From NCBI GenBank assembly GCA_965644295.1, contig CBFFRP010000461.1, positions 63,542 through 127,541 on the forward strand: a stretch of DNA of 64,000 nucleotides, in the 5' to 3' direction. The DNA is from Paraphysomonas bandaiensis (Eukaryota; Protista; Chrysophyceae). The notes beneath the pieces are model-generated. The model worked only from the letters and a program-made list of their open reading frames with translations, had not been told where the DNA came from and ran no database searches. A program made the position numbers and the translations under genes. Below are positions 24,711 to 38,258 of the stretch, in pieces. Every line of letters begins with the position of its first letter. Position 1 is the first letter of the stretch.

Positions 24711-27700
24711 TTATCCCCCCCCTCCCGGCCGCTTGGCTCTCAGCTTTCTTCGTGTGGTTTTCTGCTTATCTGATGCGCCAAGGCTAAATCCACCGACATT
24801 GCTCATACTGTCTGGCATGCCAGAAGCGATGCCTCCTGCTGTGCCTCCAAACCCACCACCTCCTGTACCAAATCCAGTACTAGAAGGGTTACCTCCACCG
24901 AAAGCAAATGACGATGAGGTAGGAGCGGATGCAGCCCCACCAAATGTATTAGAACTATTTCCAAAACCTCCAAAACTCGTTTGCGACTGACCCGTCGACG
25001 CTGGACCTTGGGCACCACGAGAAATACCACCAAAGGTAGCGGAGCCACTAGCAATTCCTGCAGACGACTGACTGCCTCCGAACACAATACTATTACTTCC
25101 AATAAATCCTGACGTGGACGGGACACTCTCCGCCGGTGGGAGAAATGTATTGGTCGACATGTTGGACGCATCTCCAGATGCATATCCTGTGTCCATCGTC
25201 GAACCAGGAGACTCAGAACCATATTGTGGTGGCGGAGGAGGTGTGTTGCGGTCCTTCGCAGTGGTGGCCGTAAATGATGAGCCAAAATTAGAGGAATTGT
25301 TAAAACTAAAATTCGGTTTTGAAGTTGGAGCGGTGGTGGAAGAAGCTACCGATGAAGAAACTGTCTGCTTATCGAATGAAAAACTGACTGGTGGAGTTGT
25401 TGATTGTCCACTCACGCTAAATTTAAAGGACGAGCCCGACCCTGATGATCCGCCTGAAGAGCCGAACACACCTGTTACCGGTTTAGATGGTGCAGCCGAT
25501 GCGGTGTTTCCAAAAGGTCCTGTTATGCCAGTAGAGGTCGACGCGGAACTAGAACTTCCAAATGTTGGTTTAATCGAAGAACTATCACTGGCAAAAGCGA
25601 ATTCACTTGACTTGGGCTTTTCCGTATTTGCTGGCTCTGTAGCGGCATTCGATGTGCTTGCTCCGAATACAAATGACGGCTTAGTGGCTGCCGCAGATGA
25701 AGTCGATGCTGGTGTCACGCTTGTGCCGCCTACACCGAATGAGGGGGTAGAATTGCTTCCCATCGTCACACCAGATTGAACAGACTCCGTAGGTGGTGCA
25801 ATTTTACTTCCAAACTGTGAGAATGACGGAGAACCGCCAAGCCCTGGAATAGATTCCCCTACTGATCGGTTACTTTCCTGATTTGAGGCATCTGTGGCAG
25901 CACGTTTCTTGCGACTCGATTCCTCATCAGTATTATCAGTTCCTCCAACGTTTGATTGAGCTGTTTGGGAGCTAATCTCAGAGCCTTCAGCACTTCGTTT
26001 GTTGAAACTGAAACCGGGTCCAGTTGGTGATGTTACCTTCTTACTGAAGTCTATAGCACTGCTTGATGTAGAACTATCTGGCTGGCTGAATCCAAAACTA
26101 GATATAGATGTCTTGCTCGCCCCAGCCCCAAAAGCAAAAGATGGCACTGATATTTCTTTATCCTTAGCCGTGTCGGATGTTGCTGTGTCGGATGTCTTTT
26201 CTTTGGGTTTAAAGACCAGAGGTGCCGACTGAGGCGCGGAACTGGAGGGTGTGGTGCCTTTATCAGACACGGAGCTATCATCCTTGCCAGATGACTGAGA
26301 AAAACTAAATGAAGTGAAGGACTTGCCAGCAGCCAATGGGTTGGCACTAAAACCGAAAGAAGGCTTCTCGGTTGTGGTGGACTCTTTTGACGTATCAGTG
26401 TTCTCTGTCTTTTTTTCATCGACAGAAATAGGCTTTGCTTCAAACGCAAAGCCCTTGCTTGTAACATCAGATGGAAGTGTCGTCGAGGAGGAAGTAGTGG
26501 GAGCTGTGGTTGATCCACCATTGCCAAATGTAATATTAGACGAGCCCGCTGGTTTGCTTGTTGAAGATGATCCTAACGAAGTGCTAGCAGACTTTTCGCC
26601 AGATACTGCACTACCGAACGAAAACCCGGCCCCACTAGAAGCAGGCTTTTCGTTAGATGATGCGCTACCAAATGTGAACCCATTCCCACCAGATGTAGAC
26701 TTAGCACTAGACGTACCACCAAATGAAAATTCACTCCCACTGGAGCTAGGCTTTTCGCTAGATGACACACTATTAAACGAAAACCCACTTGAACTTATCG
26801 CCCCATCAGATGGCTTGGAGCCACCGAATGATGCACCAGTCGCCGCAGGAGTAGAGGCAGGTCCAGACGAATCACTAGCTTCCTTAGAATTCGGCATGCT
26901 ACCTGGAGTGCCCATAGGGCTCTCGCAGGACACGCACTTGGTAGCAGACTTGTCGTTATAAACCAAACAGACTTGACACTTGACATCACCCTTCGGCATT
27001 GCCCAGGCGAATCCTGACACAACAGGTTTCTCAGTTACTGTTTCTGAATCTTTACTCATCTCTGCACTACTCTTACTATCGCCACTGATTTTTTCTATAG
27101 TTGGAGACGTATCTAGCGAGAACTTTACGTGGGGTGTTGATGTGTCGATATTACTGGGCTTTGAGGATTTCAGTGCCACACCTGGAGTAGCTTGGCGGTC
27201 AATACCTTTAACTGACTTTTTCCCGGGTGGAGAAAATGCAAATTTTACTTTTGAAGTCGAGACTGCCGTGTCACTATCTTCATCAATACCTTCAATTGGA
27301 GTGGGGGAGTTGAACGTAAATTCAGCGTCCGCATCCATGTCCTTGTTTTTAGATGGCCCAGCTGACGACGTCTTGAGGGAAGATTTTGGAGGGGCTGCCG
27401 AGTGAATAAAGCTGGCAGCTGGCTTAGTAGATTCGTTGATCGGGTCTTCGTTCAAAACCGATCGAGGCTTGGGCTCAGTTGGAGGGCTCATAGAAGGCCC
27501 GCCAGAACGGCCTCTTTCACGTGTCCATAATTGTTCCGCTGACCCAATACTATCTCTAGCGCTGACTGGCGACTGACTCTCTACATCCTCAACCGTCACG
27601 GGAGCCGCAGGAGTTGCTTGTCTATCTCTAATGGATTTTATATTCCTACCACCTTCATTCAATGCAGGCGTAGACACAACCTTGGCCGTGCCAAACTTAA

Positions 27701-30700
27701 CACTTTTCGATGCTGGTTCCTCAGACTCCTGAAATCTAACCTTTGTCTTGTTAGCAGCAGGCTCTTGTTGAGCCGGTGCAGTGGTTATAGCAGGCACTGG
27801 TTTCTTCCGTTGATCATCCAAGGAAGTAGTGATCTGCCCTAGTGTATCCAAAATTTTCTTTGCGATGGCTCCAGAGGCTGTGGATGCTCGTGACCGACCA
27901 TACGAAGCCGAGTAGCTACCATCTGTCTCAGAGACAGCGCCCTGAGTGGTCATACGACGCGCCATGAGTCTCCTTTGTACACTGTTCATGCCTGGTGTTT
28001 GAGAGCGTTGAACCTGAAGTGACAATGGTACTACACCAGAGCTTGACGGACGTCCATACCCCCTGGTGGAGGAAGAGTCGGAGAACCTTCCAGCATTTTC
28101 TTGGAAGCGGGGGGTATAAAAGAAAGGGGAAGAGCCTTGCGCAGAAGGTGTTTGCGACTCATGCATAGAGTGTTGGGGGTAACCAAATCGTCTAGTAGTC
28201 ATCAATTCCCGCCCTTCAGCGCTACTACGAGGGTATCCTCTAGACCACCCACTGCGCTGGCTGTCAGTCGATGCACGCCCATGTGAAAAGGCACCGGCAC
28301 TGTGCTGGAAAGAATTATACCCTGGCTCAAATGACCTGGCTTCGTAAGAATACCTTCCATCTCGATCACGGCCTGGCCCTTCATCTTCTGAGTTATAAGC
28401 CTGGTAGCGATATTCATAAGGTTCTCCAATCTGCTGGCGCTTGTTCTCACGAACATATTGGTCTAAAGGGCTATGGGTGGGTGAAAGACTACGTTTCCTG
28501 CGCTCATAGTCACCGCCATCAGTTACACGCCTTCTTTCCCCGCGTTCCGCAAAGCGATCTCCACTTCGAACATTCGCTGCATCCGAAGTTCGTTCACCGC
28601 CTCGAGATCCACTCCTTTCTTCAAATTCTGCAGATCTCTCATACCGATTCTCCTCCCGATTTGAACGGGCAAATTCCCGGCTTCCGGGTGCTACTGTCCG
28701 TTCCCATCCACGTGTTGAATTTTCTGTTGATGGACTCGACGTACGAGTCACTTTCCTTGAAGGAGATGTACTTCCACTTCTCTCGGATCGTTCAATTGTA
28801 TGCTTCCTACTGCTAACACGTGTTTTTCGATCCTTAGACGATTCCATCTCGTTCTCAGATATCTCAACATTGCTTTCCTCGTCAGCCTCATTTTTATCAT
28901 CCTCGTCAGAGCCTACAGCAAATTCTCGAACCGGCTCTTTTGCCCGTTTCATACTGGATTTTTGAGTCCCTCCGCGACGATCAAGTATACTACTGATATC
29001 TTTTAAGCTAGGGGTATTCTTCGAAGCACCATTGTGTCGTTTGCTTTCCAGAAGACCTTTAAAAAATGTGTACTCAGCATCAGAGAGTTCGGGGCCCTCC
29101 CCGCGGAGCATGCTCATGAATCGACTTCCTACCGCTCCCAATGCATCGTGCACCTAAAATATGGCATCATACAAACCCTCTATAAACAATATGCTACATC
29201 ACGAAAAATTTGATGCTATTCAATATTACTACTCCAATGTTGCCATACAGCAAGTAACAACGTATCGCACCTGGTGAGATTGCGTGCGGGACGCACTGTC
29301 GTGAGGAGAGACAGAGGTGATGGGTTCAGCAAAGCTGACTACAGAAGAGCGGTCATCGTCGCTGTGTTGATTAGAGAGACTGTGAGCGTATGACGATCGC
29401 GATACGGAGGACTGTGAGTGGCGGGAATGTTGGGGGTATGTCTGAGGGGGGGGGAGATCACCTTCATGTATGCATAAAGTTAGAATACAGTTTCCCACAA
29501 CCACGCCACTGACAATAGTTGCAGGACACGAAAACGTACCTAAATGCAGAGGAATGGCATTTTCATTATCTTCATCAATCGACCCGCTATATGGAACCTG
29601 CATGGGAGAGAGCGTAGACCCTACAGTTGCAGCTATTGATGCCGTTTCTATCGCGCAAGAGTGGTCCGCTAATTCAGTCATATCGTCTTCTTCACGCGTT
29701 GAGCCGATGGTTGCCACTACAGAAGCATTGTCATCCACCTCGTCCTTTGTTGGGGATTGGGTCGAGAGGCGTCTGTCCCTCAGAAGGGACGGGGAAGGCA
29801 CAGGGCTAACGTTTGGAGAGAGGTTGGAAATACGACCATGATTGCGCTGTGCTCCATTAACAGCTGGGCTGTACTCTTCAGAACTGAAATACTCATCTAG
29901 GTCAGATTCTTGTTCCTGCATTGTCGATTTCTTTGCTGTCACTGCAGTGGAGGTAGCACTCTTTGTACTATTTTTGGCATTTTTTAAGGCTGAAGGGGCT
30001 GCATCTGCAAGGGAGACTGTTGCACTCGCTTGGTCAGTGGAAGACGAAAGGGTGCGACGATGAGAGGGAGTCTTGGCCGCAGAGCGGGTTGATCGTGCAC
30101 GCTTGGTTGCTGTTCTTGCTCGCGCAGGAGTGCTACGTGTATTGTACGGATTGGGCTTTACGGTCGACCTCGATCGTGTGTTGTGTGCAGGCGAATGGGT
30201 ATTATCATCATCGACATCATGTCGAGGTTTTGGGGTTGTTCGTGGAGTGCGCTCCGATACAGGGTACTTGGCAGACGGGCTCTGACGGAGCTTAGAAACA
30301 TACTTCATTCGGTCTGCTACGCCAGATTCAACTGCTTTTTTTAGATGCATAATAAGTACGTGCTTTTTCCCTTTACATTTAATTTGGAGGGATTTTAAAT
30401 ATTTCTGAAGAGTGCGGTACTTCATGTCCTCAATAACCTGTCCTTTGTACATCACACGCCCTTGAGAATCATAAATGTCATCATCAAAAGTGGATACAGA
30501 AGATGCATCCGCAATTTCACTCTCAGCTGCCTCTTCGTCAGATTCTTCCTCATGATTTGAATTACTGTCAGATTGATTATCACCTGACGGCAACTCTGAT
30601 GAGTTCATCTGATTTTCTAGTTCCGATGAATACACAGAAGGTTCCATATCATTCATACTATTACTACTGTGGCGCTTATCATCCCCATCAACAGAGGAAT

Positions 30701-30803
30701 CATTCTGAGAATTGTTAGAATAAGAATTTCTACTCCCCCCCCAAATAAACCCACCGACTAATCCAAACAAACCATGAGGGCTATTGTTCTCTTTTGCGCT
30801 CAT
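24711..30803 (-). CDS. Nup153/Nup1-like FG nucleoporin (~1991 aa) with an N-terminal SAP motif and a RanBP2-type zinc finger; exons 30803-29271 and 29153-24711
   Basis: In-frame GT-AG intron 29270-29154. SAP-like IEDMKYRTLQKYLKSLQIKCKGKKHVLIMHLKKA; zinc finger KCQVCLVYNDKSATKCVSCE; FxFG/FG repeats; basic C-terminus GFSLG...RRKLRAKR. Confidence 0.8.
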
Positions 30804-31241
30804 CGGAAAATAAATAAAATATCTAACTACACGCCCTACCTTCTATATAATTATAATTGGGCGCTATTTATATATTATGAATCCTCTCGTTCTGAGGATA
30901 GTTCATATGTATGGGCTCTGGAAGGCAGCTGAGATATACCAACACACATACTCTGCTGACCACAGACCGGCATATAGGTACTACACACGTACTCCATCCG
31001 TAGTCTGTTGAGGTGGTGAAGTGGTAAAAAAGAATACGTCTGTATAATAAGAAAGTGAATTGATAGAGTATCTTGAATAGATCCATATTTTTCAGTTATG
31101 TGATGAGGATTATTTATATATCAGCAGTGTGTGAGGTGCGTTAGTTAAAGGAGTGGAATATACTTCAAATATAAGCAATCCTCCATCATACATGTTTGAT
31201 ATGTCCATGTTGTATAAGATATATATGAACAATTAACTGTA

Positions 31242-33299
31242 ATGAGAAACATCATTTGCAGTATAGTTCTTTGTATATCTGTGTTACTTACCTTCATAAG
31301 TGCACACAATCCCATATATTCTGACCAGAGATCATGTGATACAATACACAACACATCCTTATCAAAAACTGAATATATTGATGCATATGAAATGTCCATA
31401 TTAAGTGCTTTAGTGTATTCGAAATGGCCTGCAGCAAAAAAGAATTCGCCTAACCTACCAGTTCATGTGGAGTTTGAGATTTCTTATGGAAACAAATGGT
31501 GTGAACTCATGTTGGGAAATATGTTTAAGAGGAATATATGTAGAGCTCAAGTATATGTTCAGCAAACATTGTATCGTACTAAGTCATACTCGATTATTGC
31601 TACCCCTAAACTTGGACTTATATCAGCATATAATAGATTGTGGTATCCTTTAGCAGGCTTTTTACCTTATTATTCAAAAAATGCATCTTCGGTGAAAGCT
31701 ACAGCTGATGACAAGCCAAATACTACAGAACAGCCAGCACTAAAGTCGCTCCAAAGTATCTCAGCTTGTCCGTCAAGGAATTGTTATAGGGAGAAGTACC
31801 ATCTACTATGGTTTTTTGACGGGTGGTCGGAAAACAGTGTGTGGCATGACACGGAGCTCTTGATAGCGGAAAATATTAAATCTAACACTGTAGCATTCGT
31901 ATTTCGAGGAAGTGAGAGTGCCGCTGATTTATACACTAATAGCCAGCGATTCGAGCCCGCGAAGTTACGTAATTTATATCGTGGTTGCACAAATGGATCT
32001 ATACATAGAGGAATGCTAAACGCTTATTTTCGTGTTAATACTGGCACCATCGTGAAGCTTAAGTCAAAGAACAATGCCAGAGCTTTCCTCGGGGCTAATT
32101 CCAGATTTGATAGACACATAGACGATATATTTGATGCGTGTAGACACCGTAAGGAGAGTATAAAGGAGTCGTCTTTTTACTCGAGGTACTTGGGGAGGAA
32201 ACACCGGGCGGAAGTTATGAATGGAAATTCTTGTGCAGTTCAGCGAACATCTCTCTCAGAAATGCTCTATAAGGCGGTTACTACTGCTCTGCGTCAAGGG
32301 AAACGGGTGATTTGTACTGGACACAGTCTGGGGGGTGCTTTGGCCTCATTGCTCGCACTGGATGTACTTATCAACTCTCACGCTGAGTCAATACATCTAC
32401 CATATGTGCATAAGTTGCATTTGTATACTTATGGCGAGCCAGACTTTGCTGATAAAAGTTTTTTTAGAAGTATTATTAACAGATCGAGGTATGTGTCTTT
32501 TTTAGCCAATGAACGGTACAGGCGTTTTGTGACTATGTCCAATGCCCCGAATTGTAGACCGGACATAGTAACTACAGTTGCGGCCCGAGCTGTCAGTATA
32601 CTTGGCAATACTGTTGTTGGTAGAGTTATAGATAAAGGTACCAAACAAATACAGGATCAGAAATCTAGGGTTAGTGACGAAAACCGTATTACACAACTGC
32701 AAGATGCTGATAATGAATTTGAAAATCTATATGGAAGTACACGCGATTCGGTTACTACAGATCCAGATGCGCCTCTCAGTATATCTTCTCGGTCAAGGTT
32801 TGTAACTACCTTTAAGTTGCCTGGGGTTTTCAGAAAAACTGTAAATGTTACTCCATCTTCTCTGACGCCGAACATGACGCATTCTCATACATATACGAGT
32901 AATATCATGTCTACTCTGGATAGCACAGAAGTGGTGTACCTGACACCACCCACATATTTAAGCAGTGGTTCCGCTCGGAACAGTATGCATGCACACGGAA
33001 TACAGCACTATATACGTGGAATATTACATAGTGCGTATGAGTCGGATTTATTTACTCCAGGTTGTGAATATGCTTCCAACAGTACACAATCTAACGTTAG
33101 ATATAACTCAAGTTTATCGTATAGTGGAAGGTTCATGTGGAGAAAGCAACGGAATATAAATGTTTCGGAAGAAGTGGGAAACGCAAGACCTACGATTTTA
33201 TCCCATGATGTTCCTTTATATGTTTTTTCTAAACTCCAATGGTGGCTGGACGATTGTTACAAAGAATATGATAACGGTTTCAGCACACATGTTTGTTAA
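31242..33299 (+). CDS. Secreted class 3 lipase (alpha/beta hydrolase)
   Basis: Signal peptide; VAFVFRGSES, IHRGM, nucleophile elbow CTGHSLGGALA, LYTYGEP, DIVT, HGIQHY. Confidence 0.88.
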   Translation: MRNIICSIVLCISVLLTFISAHNPIYSDQRSCDTIHNTSLSKTEYIDAYEMSILSALVYSKWPAAKKNSPNLPVHVEFEISYGNKWCELMLGNMFKRNICRAQVYVQQTLYRTKSYSIIATPKLGLISAYNRLWYPLAGFLPYYSKNASSVKATADDKPNTTEQPALKSLQSISACPSRNCYREKYHLLWFFDGWSENSVWHDTELLIAENIKSNTVAFVFRGSESAADLYTNSQRFEPAKLRNLYRGCTNGSIHRGMLNAYFRVNTGTIVKLKSKNNARAFLGANSRFDRHIDDIFDACRHRKESIKESSFYSRYLGRKHRAEVMNGNSCAVQRTSLSEMLYKAVTTALRQGKRVICTGHSLGGALASLLALDVLINSHAESIHLPYVHKLHLYTYGEPDFADKSFFRSIINRSRYVSFLANERYRRFVTMSNAPNCRPDIVTTVAARAVSILGNTVVGRVIDKGTKQIQDQKSRVSDENRITQLQDADNEFENLYGSTRDSVTTDPDAPLSISSRSRFVTTFKLPGVFRKTVNVTPSSLTPNMTHSHTYTSNIMSTLDSTEVVYLTPPTYLSSGSARNSMHAHGIQHYIRGILHSAYESDLFTPGCEYASNSTQSNVRYNSSLSYSGRFMWRKQRNINVSEEVGNARPTILSHDVPLYVFSKLQWWLDDCYKEYDNGFSTHVC

Positions 33300-34523
33300 T
33301 GGGTAGATTACATTTGTATTTTAAAGAATTTTACTATTATGTTTGTATTTGTCGACATCTCCTCAATTGTATTTCCGATGATCACTTGAATTTTCTTATG
33401 TAACTAATTAGAGGAATAGAATAAAAATAAAAACTTATAGCAATGCATGATATTCCGTACATCTAAAACAGCGGCAAGTAGAATCACTTCTTTCACTCAT
33501 ATCTGCCTCATTTGAAGCACGATAGAAATAGGTTTAAGCTCCATGGGTGCTATCTTATATGCTCCATATATAAGTATACTGGTAGGAATGACCCAATATG
33601 TGTCATCTTCACAATGATGGATTGGAGGTTAGATTTCTATGACGAATACAGATATTAAAACTTTATCGGTAACATATCTGAACCTCAATTATAGCATACT
33701 GACATCAGCCTGAGTAACAATGTAACAATATGTTAGCACGTCTTCATTTTTTTGCTGCTATTTGTATGGATAGCATACCAACCAAGGATGTCATTCTTCA
33801 TGTTACTTATTTCTATGCACTTGATATTTTAGGCCTTCAGTAATGTTGACAATGGCACAGTTCTTGATGAGATTATAAAAATTAACTTCAGAGTACCACA
33901 ACAACTACGCGGGAATGGTCATGACAATACCTCTATCACTCTCTCTATTGATGATTAAGTAATTATTGAAGATAAACTCATCTTTTTACAAGTTTACCAA
34001 CACAAGAAGCGTCATCATGATATGAATGCACTAGTCATGTATAAGAACAAAACACGATATGAATCCATATCCACTACTCGTAGTAATTCAACTACACTAC
34101 ACTAAAAGTAAGCTTCAAAGATATCGTCAACAACTGCCCTAGCGCCAATGGATCATTGTAACCTACACCTTTGCTCCTTATTCGTTTCTACGAAGATATC
34201 AACAATAGATACACACATACATCTACACCAATATCTTAACAAGGCCTATAAACCCTTCATATTTATAGATTTTAGAATATAACTCCGATTTCTAGCACTG
34301 TTTTCTACATTTTATCACCCTGTATTCTATATATTATAGATTTGGTAAATTGGTGTTGTGTGTTGATTTCTATAGCTAAAAAAATCAAAGACATACAGTA
34401 TATATGTATATGTATATATAGCATCATATGATACACTGTACATACAGCAGTATATATGAGGCTCAACATCATTCAATGGAATCAATTAATCACATATCAA
34501 TATATACGTGTCTCTTAGTAGAA

Positions 34524-37500
34524 ATGGATGACACACTCAGTGAAAGGAGTACATTAAGTGTTTCTAGAGATTCAACAAAACTGTCATCAGCTCATCGTGA
34601 TTTAGTTAAGACATTACGTCGAGTAGAGAACAGGTTATGTGCTGACTGTGATGCACCAATTAGTCAATCCCATTATGCCTCATGTGTTCATGGTGTATGG
34701 ATATGCAAAGACTGTGCAGAAGTTCATACGAATGTGCTTGGATATAATGTGAAGAGTTCGAAGGATGAATGGACAGAGGAGGAGCTCGAGATTATAACTA
34801 GCCAGTCCAATTTAAAAGTCAATGCTAGTTTAGAGCGATATATACCTTCAGGGTGGACGAAATGTACACCGAACAGCACTATGAGTCATAGAGAAATATG
34901 GATACAAGCCAAATATGATAGCAAGCTTTTTGTAATCCCTAATACGATTTCTTCGATGCCTGCTACTCCCAATAATTCAACAGAACAAACATCACTTTCG
35001 AGTGAAATCAATATTTTGCCGCCAAGACTGCTTGATTTTTTCCTTAGCGTTTCTGTAGGACAGTGTACTGATTTTGGGTCAGATTTTTCTCTCATTAGTG
35101 TGGACAGTATTAATTTTAACCCTCAAATTACATCGTGCTTACCTGGGCTAAACCATTACAAGGATACTCCAATCCCTAGTCATTTGGGATCATTCGTTTT
35201 TCCTCAAGGTGTTCACTTATCAAGTGAAGAAATTGCGCCTTATTTCTTCACGTTCGTACTGGTGAGTGCTGATTTATGTTACACATTGTGTGGTGTCGCC
35301 TGTTTTTGTGTATATTTTCTAAAGCTGCTCGTGTAGACGGATGTGTCAGCAGTCAAGTTGTACGGCGGTGTTCTACAGATATACGAGTTGATTGAGCCAG
35401 AGGAGGTCGCTGCATTGCTTGGACACCCTCCTGGATCACCTCTCCTTCCGCAGATGAATCTCGTATACATGCCTAAATCTCTTGTTCTTCTGTCCCATTA
35501 CCCATTTTACAACCTTTTTCGGTGCAGCTTGGAACAAATATATCGTATTTCGCTTAGTTCCTCACCCTTGCCTATGGAGCGGTATATTTCTAACTTGCTC
35601 CAGGTTCCTCTCCCGCCTCATGGGTGTATAGAGGTGTCTTACTGCTCTCTGGCAGATTGCACTCTTACTATTTCTAGACCGCCGAAGAACCAATTACCTA
35701 TGGTGGATTTCTCCTATCGGCCACTATTTACTTGCCTCTCTGTGGATAATATATTACTTATATTTTCGTACCTCATGTACGAGCACAAGATATGCTTTGC
35801 ATCGGATTCTATAGCTCTGCTGACGCCAATACAAGAGGCGTTCTTATCTTTATTTTTTCCTTTTGTGTGGCAAGGTGCATATATACCTGTACTACCGAGC
35901 CATATGCTAGATATTGTTGATGCACCAGTGCCATTAATGGTTGGAATCAATCGATCTGAATACCCTAATTTCGGAGCTGATGATGACTCCTATCCCCAGG
36001 GTGTAGTCACTGTGGATATAGATAACGACCATGTGCACGTTGGGACTGACGATCACGGGCACCGCTTGCAACCTATCACGCTTCCACCACGAGAAGCATC
36101 TAAGTTGAAGTCGAAGTTAGTCGAGTTTGGAGCATGTATTCATCGTGTCAATGTGACGGAAACTTTGGGTTGCGCTGGTATATCATTCCCTCGAAACGAA
36201 CATTTAGTTCCCATCAAAACATTTTTTACGGAAGACGGCGTAATGTTGAATCATTTTCATGGTAGTCAGTCTATTACTCTCGCTGACACGAAGGTTCAAA
36301 TCCCATATCAAAGTACTATTTCATCTGCTCATACGAAATCAGTGCTCAGTCCTGCCAACAATGCTAATACAAGAGATGGATTTGACGCCAAAGAAATCCG
36401 ATATGCTTTCTTGCGTTTTTTTTTATCAATATTCCGAGATTTTCAACAGTATATGTCACAGCAAGAGACTACTGGCAACCAAAAAGAGAAACAAAAGAAA
36501 CGTACCTCGAACGGGGTTATGGGTAAATTTAGCAGGGATAGTTACCTCACCGCCCATTCGGGATCGTTCTTTGCAAATTTGTAAGTATTTTTGTCAAGCT
36601 ACCGTGAACAAAAGATTTTCACATTGTACACACTAAATGTGTAAAATTCATTGACGTTGTTCATATAGGGTCGATACACAAATGTTTACAAAGTTTGCTG
36701 AGGAGCGAGAGGCACTTCCAGACGAGCCCGAAATTAAATTTTTTGATGAGTGTATCATCGACAAACTCAATCGAAGTAAAACAACGTTGTCGAAATCTAC
36801 CACCCCATTTCTAGACGATAGAAGGTGATTGACCATAGTGTGTATAGCTATATTGCATTATATATATATTCCATTATTGTAATTGTTACGCGATGTGGTC
36901 TGATATTCGGTACTGCTTCCTATATACCTATCATTTTAATACGAAAATGCAGTGATGCTGTCCAGTCCACTTTTATTCCAGTGCAGCCTTCTAAACACGC
37001 GATTCCTCCCAATGCGAAATACGTGTATCCTAGGTTTCCTCAACTTAAATCGGAGCTGGTGGCTAGTTTTCGCCCTCCTCGGCAGCTTCAAAGGGGTCCC
37101 GAGAAGCGCCGATTGTTTAGCACCTCTGCTCAAATGCTTGCACTTGGTCAATCAGTGGAAAGGACAGCCAGGAGGCGTAGTTTCACGCTGAGTGAAAATG
37201 CAGTGGTGAATATTTTAGCGCATAGTAAAGCGAGATACAATCAACTGGATACTGCAGTGACACAGTTCAAGAGCTACATTCGAATGAAGCCTATTCGCTT
37301 ACAGTACAAGTGCAGTAGGAGGGCTTGTATTGTTATCCAACGCGCATATCGCAGGTGGCGCATTTGGCGTCTCAACGAACAGTACAATGAGCTACAGCAT
37401 AAACTCCTCCGACGAATTCAAACAATTGCTCGTCGATATGTTGCACAGCAGATGTATAAGCGTCTCAAACGCAGTGCCATTACAGCCCAAGCACTATGGA

Positions 37501-38258
37501 GAATGATATACACCAAGAAATGGCTGGCCGCTCGTCGGAAAAAAGTCACACTGCTCCAGGCGCTATACCGTGGAAGATGTCAACGGAGAAGGTATCAAAG
37601 TATACTTCATGCCCTGGTGATTATTCAAGCGCGAATTAAAACACATCTTGTTTGTAAGAAGTATACTGCTATTCAACTTTCCCTGCAACAAAAACTGCGG
37701 AAAATTCTGTTTATGCTATGGAAGGCTTCCAATACGCCATTGGAATATAGGAGTAAGTTTTGGAGAGCATTGTCTGGCTCTGGCTTTTTCAGTATATGCG
37801 TATACCGGGAAGAAGTTTCAAATCTTTGGAAAATGTTGAAGTATAATTCTTCTGTTGTGGATAATATACAGGGAGACCTGTCGAGACTAGTATCTAATGT
37901 AGATGACTTAATGATTGCGGCAGAACGCCAGACAACGAACACACACGAATCTCCGGTGCTGGCGGCAGAGAGAACATCCCTGTACGATATTTTGAAAAGA
38001 GATCCTTCAAAAGTTAAGGACAGATTTTTTGAAGCATTTTCTATTCAAGGGGACAAGAAACGCAAAAGAAATTTGACATCAACTCTCTTGTGGAGAGATT
38101 TAGAGCGGGCAGATGCGTCCGCTGATATTGTTCTGGATATCATCACTGTGACTTCGCAGGATTTAGTGAGATGGAAATCCGAGAGGACTGCAACTCGAAT
38201 GCAGAGGAATTTAGCCGATGTAGTTCGTGCGTGTATGCATTCTGTGCGGATGAAATGA
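34524..38258 (+). CDS. ArfGAP-zinc-finger + DENN (uDENN/cDENN/dDENN) + IQ-motif protein; exons 34524-35261, 35337-36580, 36669-36824, 36953-38258 (start codon uncertain)
   Basis: NRLCADC...WICKDC...WIQAKY; FVFPQG, FTFVLTD...LYG, PKSLVLLSHYPF, LFFPFVWQGAYIPVLP, APVPLMVG, AFLRFF, TQMFTKF; several IQxxxRxxxxR motifs. Splice junctions keep the frame. Confidence 0.88.

Noticed and set aside
24733-30718. Many plus-strand ORFs opposite the nucleoporin
   Set aside because: Antisense shadows of low-complexity Ser/Thr/Gly-rich coding sequence.
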